61,060 bases of DNA. Source: Thermoanaerobaculia bacterium (lineage in GTDB: Bacteria; Acidobacteriota; Thermoanaerobaculia; UBA5066). A program made the translations under genes and the position numbers. The notes beneath the pieces were generated by a model that saw only the letters and a program-made list of their open reading frames with translations, did not search any database and was not told where the DNA came from. How positions within the stretch are numbered: position 1 is the stretch's first letter; every line of letters starts with the position of its first letter. This document shows, in pieces, positions 36,531 to 44,319 of this stretch. The stretch is taken from assembly GCA_038245905.1 (NCBI GenBank), contig JBBRRY010000024.1:1-61060 (forward strand), read 5' to 3'.

Positions 36531-37996
36531 GGCGCGTCTCGGTTCTCGTGCTCGCGTGCGCAGTGCTCGCCGCCGCGGCTCCGCCGCTAGCCGCCGCCGA
36601 GCGCCCTCACGCGCCTTCTAAGAAGTTTTCCTCTTCCTCTTCTTCTTCTTCTCTCTCCCCGGTCGACACCCTCGTCACCGCGGCCCACGTTCTGACGATG
36701 GACGGTGCGGATCGCGTCTTCTCTCCGGGCGCCGTCGCGATCAACGGCGGTGCCATCGTGGCCGTCGGCAAGCCCGCGGATCTCCTCGCTCTCTATTCTC
36801 CGAAGCAGAGAATTCTCCGTCCGAACGCGGTCGTCCTGCCCGGCCTCGTCAACACGCACACGCACGCTGCGATGAACCTCCTGCGCGGAATCGCGGACGA
36901 CTTGCCGCTCATGGACTGGCTCACGAAGTTCATCTTCCCGGCCGAAGGCAAGAACGTCTCACCGGCCTTCGTGAAGGCCGGCACTCTCCTCGCCTGCGCC
37001 GAGATGGTCCGCGGGGGCACGACGACGTTCGCGGACATGTACTACTACGAGTCGGATGTCGCGGCGGCGGTGGACGAATGCGGGATGCGCGCCGTCCTCG
37101 GCGAGACGTGGCTCGACTTCCCGGTGCCGGATCACAAGGACCTCGCGGAGTCGATCTCGACGACGCGGGCGTTCCTTGAGAAGTGGAAGGGCCATCCGCG
37201 TGTGATCCCCGCCGTGGCCCCGCACGCGCCGTACACGAACTCGGAAGGGTCTCTCCGTGCGGCGTACGATCTCGCCCGCGAATTCCATGCGCCGCTCCTC
37301 ATCCACCTCTCCGAGACGCGGGACGAGCAGAAGCAGATTCTCGAGAAGCACGGGACGACGCCCACGAAGTGGCTCGAGTCCATCGGCTTCCTGGGGGCGA
37401 ACGTCCTCGCGGCCCACGGAGTCTGGCTCGACGCCGACGACATGCGCATCCTCGCCGAGCGCCACGTGGGTCTTTCCCACAATCCCGAGTCGAACATGAA
37501 GCTCGCGTCGGGCATCGCGCCCGTCGTCGCGGAGCGCAAGGCGGGAATCGTCGTCGGCCTCGGGACGGACGGGGTCGCGGGCTCGAACAACGATCTCGAC
37601 ATGTGGGAGGCGATGGATTTCGCCGGCAAGCTCGCGAAAGTCTCGACAATGGACCCGACCGCGCTGCCTGCAAAGGACCTCCTCCGGATGGCGACGATCG
37701 AGGGCGCGCGCGCGATGAAGCTCGACGACCGGATCGGGTCCCTGGAGGCCGGCAAGCGAGCGGATCTCGTGGCCGTGGATCTCGTCCGGGCGCGGACGCA
37801 CCCCATCTGGGACCTGTATTCGACGCTCGTCTACTCGGTCAAGGAGAGCGACGTAACACTCACGATGGTCGAGGGCAAGGTCCTCTGGGACGGGACGCGC
37901 GTCACGACGCTCGACGAGGCGAGGGTCATCCGGGACGCCGACGAATGGCGGAGGAAGGTGGCGGCGTCACTCGCGGCGCTAGCCGGGAAGCCATGA
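36527..37996 (+). CDS. amidohydrolase, MtaD/SAH-deaminase-like, with N-terminal signal peptide
   Basis: NTHTH, APHAPY, IHLSET, HNPESNMKLASG, GTDG..SNN.LD; GTG 36527 overlaps the cdd stop. Confidence 0.85.
   Translation: MRRVSVLVLACAVLAAAAPPLAAAERPHAPSKKFSSSSSSSSLSPVDTLVTAAHVLTMDGADRVFSPGAVAINGGAIVAVGKPADLLALYSPKQRILRPNAVVLPGLVNTHTHAAMNLLRGIADDLPLMDWLTKFIFPAEGKNVSPAFVKAGTLLACAEMVRGGTTTFADMYYYESDVAAAVDECGMRAVLGETWLDFPVPDHKDLAESISTTRAFLEKWKGHPRVIPAVAPHAPYTNSEGSLRAAYDLAREFHAPLLIHLSETRDEQKQILEKHGTTPTKWLESIGFLGANVLAAHGVWLDADDMRILAERHVGLSHNPESNMKLASGIAPVVAERKAGIVVGLGTDGVAGSNNDLDMWEAMDFAGKLAKVSTMDPTALPAKDLLRMATIEGARAMKLDDRIGSLEAGKRADLVAVDLVRARTHPIWDLYSTLVYSVKESDVTLTMVEGKVLWDGTRVTTLDEARVIRDADEWRRKVAASLAALAGKP
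36614..36660 (+). repeat. intragenic TTCnAAGAA motif copy with long pyrimidine tail (deaminase)
   Basis: CCTTCTAAGAAGTTTTCCTCTTCCTCTTCTTCTTCTTCTCTCTCCCC. Confidence 0.7.
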
Positions 37997-39303
37997 GCCT
38001 CTTCGTGCGCACGATCGTCAAGAAGCGCGACGGCGGCGAGCTGTCCGAGGGCGAGATCGCCGATTTCGTCGCCGGCGTCACGGACAAGACGATCACGGAC
38101 GAGCAGGCGGCTGCGTTCCTGATGGCGGTCTGCTGCCGGGGCATGACGACCGCCGAGTCGGCCGCACTCACGTTCGCGATGATGAAGTCCGGCGAGACCT
38201 GGGATCTCTCGCGGCACGGATTCGTGGCCGACAAGCACTCGACTGGCGGGGTGGGCGACAAGGCCACTCTGGTACTCGCGCCGCTCCTCGCGGCAGTGGG
38301 CGTCAAGGCCGGCATGATGTCGGGGCGCGGCCTCGGGCACACGGGAGGCACTCTCGACAAGCTCGAGTCGATCCCCGGCTTCAAGACGGGCCTCCCGAAA
38401 TCCGAGTTCGACCGCCTTCTCGACACGGTCGGCTGCGCGCTCATCGGCCAGACCGACTCGATCGCGCCCGCCGACCGGCGCCTCTATGCGCTCCGCGACG
38501 TCACGGGAACGGTGGAATCGATCCCGCTCATCACGGCGTCGATTCTGTCCAAGAAGCTCGCGACCGGCGCTTCCGCCGTCGTCTTCGACGTCAAAACCGG
38601 GAATGGCGCGTTCATGGCGGATCCGAAGGACGCCGAGCGCCTCGGGAGGGCCCTCGTCGACACGACGCGGGCCACGGGCCGCAAGGCCTCGGGCTACATC
38701 ACGGCGATGGACCGGCCACTCGGCGAGGCGGTTGGGAATGCGAACGAGGTCGAGGAGTCGATTCGGATGCTGGGCGGCGAGGGGCCGGCCGACCTCCGTG
38801 AGAACACGCTGCTTCTCGGAGCCGATCTCGTCCTCGCGGCGGGCCTCGAGACGAGTGCGAAGGAGGCGCGGCGGCGCCTGAACGCCGCCCTCTCCGACGG
38901 CCGCGCGCTCGAGGTCTTCGCGAAGCTCATCGCGGCGCAGGGCGGAGACGCGACGATCTGCGACGACCCGAGGCGCCTCCCGCAGCCCGTATCGAGGAGG
39001 GACGTGTCCTCTTCGGAGACGGGCGTCGTCACCCGGATCGCGACGCGCGAGGTCGGACTCCTCGCCATCGAGCTCGGGTGCGGGCGTACGAAGAGAGACG
39101 ACGTGATCGACCCGGCATCGGGCTTCCATGTGAAGAAGAAGCCGGGCGATTCCGTGGAGAAAGGCGAGCCGCTGCTCGTCGTCGAGCTGGGGAAGGCCGC
39201 GAAGCCGAGGGCCGACTTCTTCGAGAGGCTCGCCGCCTGCTTCACGATCGCGCCCGCGGGGACCGCGGTCGAGTCCCTGCCTTTCGTCGTCGCGACTTTT
39301 TGA
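37993..39303 (+). CDS. pdp: pyrimidine-nucleoside (thymidine) phosphorylase
   Basis: DKHSTGGVGDK, SGRGLGHTGGTLDKLESIPG, YALRDVTGTV, SILSKK, DVKTGNGAFM. Confidence 0.93.
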   Translation: MSLFVRTIVKKRDGGELSEGEIADFVAGVTDKTITDEQAAAFLMAVCCRGMTTAESAALTFAMMKSGETWDLSRHGFVADKHSTGGVGDKATLVLAPLLAAVGVKAGMMSGRGLGHTGGTLDKLESIPGFKTGLPKSEFDRLLDTVGCALIGQTDSIAPADRRLYALRDVTGTVESIPLITASILSKKLATGASAVVFDVKTGNGAFMADPKDAERLGRALVDTTRATGRKASGYITAMDRPLGEAVGNANEVEESIRMLGGEGPADLRENTLLLGADLVLAAGLETSAKEARRRLNAALSDGRALEVFAKLIAAQGGDATICDDPRRLPQPVSRRDVSSSETGVVTRIATREVGLLAIELGCGRTKRDDVIDPASGFHVKKKPGDSVEKGEPLLVVELGKAAKPRADFFERLAACFTIAPAGTAVESLPFVVATF

Positions 39304-39860
39304 TGGCCGGGGAATCCGCGCGCGCGCGTCTCGTGAGCATCCTCCAGCACGCGCACGCGGGTGAGCTTGCCGCGGGACACGCGTATCGCGGCCACGCAGC
39401 GTCCGTATCCGACCCCGAGGAAAGGGCGCAGATTCGGAAGATCGAGGACGAGGAGTGGGTGCACCGGCGGCAGGTGGGCGAGATGCTCGCGGCGCTCGGC
39501 GGAGCGCCCGATCCGCCACGGGAGCGGAAGCTCCTCATCATTGGATCGACCATCGCCGTTCTCTGCCGGATCGGCGGCTGGTACGTCCCGATGTACGGCG
39601 CGGGAAGGCTCGAGAGCAAGAACGTCAAGGAATACGAAGATGCTGCCGACTTCGCGGTCGAGTCGGCACACCCGGAATTCGTGGAGTGCCTCCTCGAGAT
39701 GGCCGAGGTCGAGTGGGACCACGAGGCGTACTTTCGGAGCAAGGTCGAGAGCCACTGGCTGCGCCGCGTGATCCGCGTCTGGCCAGCGATCCCGCCGCGC
39801 GAAGCGATCCGGCGAAACTTTGCAGAGAGGCATCCCGCGCTTCGGCGCGCCCCGGGCTAG
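39303..39860 (+). CDS. ferritin-like di-iron protein (Coq7-like)
   Basis: HAGELAA..AY.GH, EEWVH, LE...V.EY, VEWDH carboxylate/His pattern; TGATG coupling to pdp. Confidence 0.72.
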   Translation: MAGESARARLVSILQHAHAGELAAGHAYRGHAASVSDPEERAQIRKIEDEEWVHRRQVGEMLAALGGAPDPPRERKLLIIGSTIAVLCRIGGWYVPMYGAGRLESKNVKEYEDAADFAVESAHPEFVECLLEMAEVEWDHEAYFRSKVESHWLRRVIRVWPAIPPREAIRRNFAERHPALRRAPG

Positions 39861-39872
39861 ACTCTTCGCAGA

Positions 39873-42518
39873 TTGAGTCTCACGGCCGGAACCCGTCTGG
39901 GCGCCTACGAGGTGCTCGGCTCGCTCGGTGCGGGCGGGATGGGGGAGGTCTATCGGGCCCGTGATCCGCGCGTCGACAGATCCGTGGCGCTGAAGGTCCT
40001 GCCGGAAGAGTTCTTCGGGGACAAGGAACGGACGGCCCGCTTCGAGCGCGAGGCGCGCACGCTCGCGAGTCTGAACCACCCTGGGATCGCGGCTCTGTAC
40101 TCATTCGAAGAAATCTCGGGTCGGCATGTCCTCGTCATGGAGCTCGTCGAGGGTGAGACGCTCCGCGAGCCGCTCTGTTCCGGACCTCTGCCGGCGAAGC
40201 GCGCCCTCGAGATCGCCGTACAGATCGCGCGGGGCCTGGCCGCGGCGCACGAGAAGAGCGTCGTCCACCGGGATCTGAAGCCCGAGAACGTGATCCTGAC
40301 GAAGGATGGCCGGGTCAAGATTCTCGACTTCGGCCTCGCAAAGCTGGCGCAGCCGCTCGCGGCCGGTGAGTCGCTCTCCGCGGCCGGCACGCTCTCCAAC
40401 CTGACAGAGGCGGGCGCGGTCTTCGGAACGGTTTCCTACATGTCGCCCGAGCAGACACGCGGGGAAGCCGTGGACCACCGGTCGGACATCTTCAGCTTCG
40501 GCACGATGCTCTACGAGATGCTCTCGGGGACGAACCCGTTCCGGTCCGCCACGGCGGCCGAGACGATGGCCGCGATCCTCAGGCACGATCCGCCGCCGCT
40601 GTCCGACGCGCCGACTCCCCCTCCGCCCGCGCTCGGCGCGATCGTCCTGCGCTGCCTCGAGAAGAAACGCGAGGCGCGCTTTCAGTCGACGCTCGATCTC
40701 GCGTTCGCGCTCGAGGCCCTGTCCGCGGCGTCGGCGCCCGCGCGTGCGCTCGCGGCTATGGCTGAGACTCCTCGCCCGAGATCGCGCATGGCCATCCTCG
40801 CGCTCGCGGCCGTCCTCGTGGGTGCGGGGGTCACGGCTGGAGTCCTGAGGGCGCGGGCGCCTCGAGCCGTCCCCGCTCCGACCATCCGCTTCGCGGTCCC
40901 GCCGCCCGAGGGAGGGGCGTTCGCATGGTCGGGCGAGGGGCGCACGCTCGGAGTTTCTCCGGACGGGGCGCGGCTCGCCTGGGTGGCGAGGGATGCGCGC
41001 GGCGAGAGGCGGATCTGGCTCCGGCCGCTCGAGTCCCTCGAGGCTCGGGCCCTCGCAGGGACGGAAGGCGCGTCGTCCTTCTTCTGGTCGCCCGACGGGG
41101 CCGCGCTCGCGTTTTTCGCCGGAGACAAGCTCAAGCGCCTCGACCTCCCGTCGGGCGCTCCCGTCCCGATTGCCGACGTTTCGGCGGGCGGCGGGAAGTC
41201 GGGGACGTGGGGAGCCGAGGACATCCTCTTCGGAGGCGTCCAGGGTGAGGCCCTCTATCGTGTCCCGCATTCGGGCGGGACGCCCGCTGTCGTCGTGAAA
41301 CCGGATGTGGCGCGCGGAGAGACGCGGGTCATCTGGCCGACCTTTCTCCCGGACGGCCGGCGCTTTCTCTACGTCTCGCGGCGCGGGAACGAGGGCACGC
41401 TGATGCTCGCGGAGCCGGACAAGGCGCCTCGGGCGGTCATGCCCGACGTGTCCGACACGGCTTACGTCGAGCCCGGGATCCTCGTGTTCGCGCGGGAGGG
41501 AACTCTTTTCGCGCAAGCCTTCGACGTGCGCACCGGGCGCATGACCGGCTCGGCGGCGGCGCTTGCGAAGAGCATCCGGTACTTCATGTCCACCGGCGGC
41601 GCGGGCTTCGCGGTTTCGCGGAACGGCACTCTCCTGTACGTCGTGCAGGAGGACGTGAGCCGGCTCGAGCGATTCGACCGCGCCGGACGGACCGGAGGGC
41701 GGGTCTCGACCGCGGGTTCCTATCTGAGCCTGAGTCTCTCGCCGGACGGGCGCCGCGTTCTCTACGATCGCGCGCGGCCCGGCATCTGGACGTACGACAT
41801 CTGGTCGTTCGACTTCGAGCGGGGCGTCGAGAGCCGCGTGACTTCGGACATCGGGAGCGAGTTCTCCCCGGTCTGGCTCCCGGAGGGAAGAAGCTTCATC
41901 TACTCGGCCGTCGCCGGGTCCAATCCTCGTCTCTATCGGATGGACCTCGCGACGGGGAAGAGCGAGGAGGTCGTGCCGGGGGCGGGCTTCCAGGAGGCAT
42001 CGGACGTTTCCGCGGACGGACGGTTCCTCGCGTATTCGGAACGTCAGGGCCGAAACTTTACATTGCGGACGGTCGCGCTCTCCGGGCCGCGAACGCCCGT
42101 CGTTCTCGGAGGGAACCCGTCCGTTGACTATGGGGCACCCCGGTTCTCCCCGGACGGGCGGTTCCTCGCCTTCCTCTGCGACGAATCGGGCCGCCGGGAA
42201 GCCTACGTGATGCCCTACCCGGGGCCGGGCGAGAAGACGCGCGTCTCGCCCGCCGGCGCGAGGCATTTGTGCTGGCCGCGCGGAACCGGCGAGATCCTGT
42301 TCCTCTCGGGCGACGGACACATGACGTCCGTCGCGGTGAGCACGTCCCCGGTGCTCGCAATCGGCCGTCCGGTCGTGCTCTTCCCGACGGATCCGGCCTG
42401 GGGCGGGTTCGACGTGTCGGCGGACGGGAAGCAATTTCTCGCCGTCGTCCCGGAGATCGACGGAAACCGGTACCCGGCGACCGTCGTCGTGAACGGCGCA
42501 ACGGCAGCTTCGAAGTAG
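39873..42518 (+). CDS. Ser/Thr protein kinase K6 (kinase - TM - PD40 propeller)
   Basis: Intact kinase motifs; TM; SPDG repeats; TTG start after -10 TAGACT (39858-39863). Confidence 0.92.
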   Translation: MSLTAGTRLGAYEVLGSLGAGGMGEVYRARDPRVDRSVALKVLPEEFFGDKERTARFEREARTLASLNHPGIAALYSFEEISGRHVLVMELVEGETLREPLCSGPLPAKRALEIAVQIARGLAAAHEKSVVHRDLKPENVILTKDGRVKILDFGLAKLAQPLAAGESLSAAGTLSNLTEAGAVFGTVSYMSPEQTRGEAVDHRSDIFSFGTMLYEMLSGTNPFRSATAAETMAAILRHDPPPLSDAPTPPPPALGAIVLRCLEKKREARFQSTLDLAFALEALSAASAPARALAAMAETPRPRSRMAILALAAVLVGAGVTAGVLRARAPRAVPAPTIRFAVPPPEGGAFAWSGEGRTLGVSPDGARLAWVARDARGERRIWLRPLESLEARALAGTEGASSFFWSPDGAALAFFAGDKLKRLDLPSGAPVPIADVSAGGGKSGTWGAEDILFGGVQGEALYRVPHSGGTPAVVVKPDVARGETRVIWPTFLPDGRRFLYVSRRGNEGTLMLAEPDKAPRAVMPDVSDTAYVEPGILVFAREGTLFAQAFDVRTGRMTGSAAALAKSIRYFMSTGGAGFAVSRNGTLLYVVQEDVSRLERFDRAGRTGGRVSTAGSYLSLSLSPDGRRVLYDRARPGIWTYDIWSFDFERGVESRVTSDIGSEFSPVWLPEGRSFIYSAVAGSNPRLYRMDLATGKSEEVVPGAGFQEASDVSADGRFLAYSERQGRNFTLRTVALSGPRTPVVLGGNPSVDYGAPRFSPDGRFLAFLCDESGRREAYVMPYPGPGEKTRVSPAGARHLCWPRGTGEILFLSGDGHMTSVAVSTSPVLAIGRPVVLFPTDPAWGGFDVSADGKQFLAVVPEIDGNRYPATVVVNGATAASK

Positions 42519-42531
42519 CCGCCGCTCATTC

Positions 42532-43176
42532 TCAGGGCGCCGTCGCCGTTGAGGCTGAGAGGGACGCGGCGCGGAAGACGAGGTCGACCGAGCCGATCCG
42601 GAGCCCGTCGCCGTCCGACAGCGGGACGAGGCCGTTGATCCGGCATCCGTCGCGGAGCGTGCCGTTCTTGCTGCCGAGGTCCTCGAGCATGGCCGCGCCG
42701 TCCCTCACGCGGATGCGGGCATGCTGGCGAGAGACGGAAACGTCTCCGACCCAGACGTCGGCCGTCGGATCCCGCCCCAGCACGTTGTCGCCCTCGACCA
42801 GAGGGAGAACGTTGAGTCCCCAGACGAGCCAGAGTCGGACCCCCGTGCGCTCCGCAACCGGTGCCTTCTCGATGATGACGTCGGCCACGAACGAATACCC
42901 GAACCCGTGATGCGTCCGGATGAAGGCCGGCTGCTTCGCGCCTTCTCCCAGCGCGGCACGCACGTCGTTCACGAGGCTCGTCAGGTTCGCCTCGGTCACG
43001 AGGACGTCCGGCCAGATCGCGTTCATCAGCTCTTCGCGGGAGAGCGCCCGAGGGCGCTGCTGGACGAGGAGCGCGAGCAGGTCGAACGCCTTCGGCGCTA
43101 GGTGCACCGGGCTCGGCCCGCGCAGAAGGAGGCGGGCCTCCGGGTCGAAGGTGACTTCGCCAAATCGAAGGCGCAT
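42532..43176 (-). CDS. OmpR-type winged-helix + FHA domain transcriptional regulator
   Basis: Trans_reg_C (SREELMNAIWPD...IRTHHGFGYSF) and FHA (LGRD, VSRQHA, DLGSKNGT); GGAGG SD, ATG 43176. Confidence 0.9.
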   Translation of the reverse strand: MRLRFGEVTFDPEARLLLRGPSPVHLAPKAFDLLALLVQQRPRALSREELMNAIWPDVLVTEANLTSLVNDVRAALGEGAKQPAFIRTHHGFGYSFVADVIIEKAPVAERTGVRLWLVWGLNVLPLVEGDNVLGRDPTADVWVGDVSVSRQHARIRVRDGAAMLEDLGSKNGTLRDGCRINGLVPLSDGDGLRIGSVDLVFRAASLSASTATAP

Positions 43177-43343
43177 CGGGTTCCTCCGATTATTGAACCG
43201 AAAAGGCAGATTTGCGGCACGAATACGGAAGGGCTCAGCTACACGGAGGGCCCATGTTTCTGCAGGTCCACAAGGCCCTTCGAGACACTCGCGACGCCCG
43301 AACCAAGCCACGAAGAACTCAACCGTTCCGAAAGGAGACACTC

Positions 43344-44159
43344 ATGCACATGACGAAGAACGTCCTCTCGGCAATCATCACCGCCGGTCTGGCCCTTGCG
43401 GTGAATCCTGCGGAGCTGAAAGCCGGCCCCATCATCTACGGGTCGGCGGGATTCGGAACGCAGCTGATCAAGATCGACGTCGCGACCGGGCACGTCACCC
43501 ACGTCGGCGACTTCGGGGTGTTCGCTCTGGGTCTCGCCATCAGTCCCCACGGCAAGCTGTATACGGTGACCGACTCGTTTGCCGACGGCTGTGCGCCGAA
43601 CTGCAATCCGCAGCTGGCCGCCGTGGATCTTTCAACCGGTCATGCGACTCCGTATGGGAATCTGCACGGAGAGCCGTTCATGGGGATCGCGTTCACGCCC
43701 GACGGTGCGCTGCAGGGCGTCAACGCCATGAGCGGGACGCCGGACGCCGGCAGCCTCTTCAGGTTCAACGTGGACAAGGGCAAGGCCACCCAGGTGGGAG
43801 TGACGGGTGGGTGCTTCGAGATCATGGACATGGCGTGGAGCCCCGATGGCAGGATGTACGGGGCCGCATGGGACTCGCTCTACCGTGTCAATTCGCACAC
43901 GGGGAAAGCAAAGTTGATCACCAAGATTCACGGCCTTGATGGAAATGCGGTGATGGGCCTCGCGATCGACGATGACGGCAACTTCTACGTGTCCGAGATC
44001 ATTCCCAACGCATCGCTCTTCAAGGTGAACCCGAAGAGCGGGGCGACGACCCGGATTCTTCTGGACACCCAGATCGACTATGTCCACGGGCTCGAGTTCA
44101 TGCCCGGACACGACAGGAAGCATCACGGGTGCGATGAAGATGGCGAGGATGACGATTAG
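43344..44159 (+). CDS. secreted hypothetical protein, predicted beta-propeller
   Basis: AAGGAG SD; signal-like N-terminus; ~6 repeats of L..(I/V)D..TG.AT..G.....GLA.SPDG.LY. Confidence 0.7.
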   Translation: MHMTKNVLSAIITAGLALAVNPAELKAGPIIYGSAGFGTQLIKIDVATGHVTHVGDFGVFALGLAISPHGKLYTVTDSFADGCAPNCNPQLAAVDLSTGHATPYGNLHGEPFMGIAFTPDGALQGVNAMSGTPDAGSLFRFNVDKGKATQVGVTGGCFEIMDMAWSPDGRMYGAAWDSLYRVNSHTGKAKLITKIHGLDGNAVMGLAIDDDGNFYVSEIIPNASLFKVNPKSGATTRILLDTQIDYVHGLEFMPGHDRKHHGCDEDGEDDD

Positions 44160-44232
44160 GGAGATCTGACGACCATTTCCGTCCAGGTCCGTATCTTCGC
44201 AATGTCGTTCTGGAGTTCTCGAAGCTGATGCG

Positions 44233-44261
44233 ACCCCCGCGACCACGCGGGGGTTTGTGTT
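44233..44261 (+). terminator. probable intrinsic terminator
   Basis: Perfect 9-bp stem ACCCCCGCG/CGCGGGGGT, 4-nt loop, followed by TTGTGTT. Confidence 0.6.
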
Positions 44262-44319
44262 GAAATGCGGGCGAGCCTTTTCCTTGAAGGCTATGGTCAA
44301 ATGATGCCGTCATTCGCCC

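Noticed and set aside
43225-43251. ACGGA(A)GGGC direct repeat as the wHTH-FHA binding site
   Set aside because: Only two short imperfect copies at non-helical spacing; could be chance.
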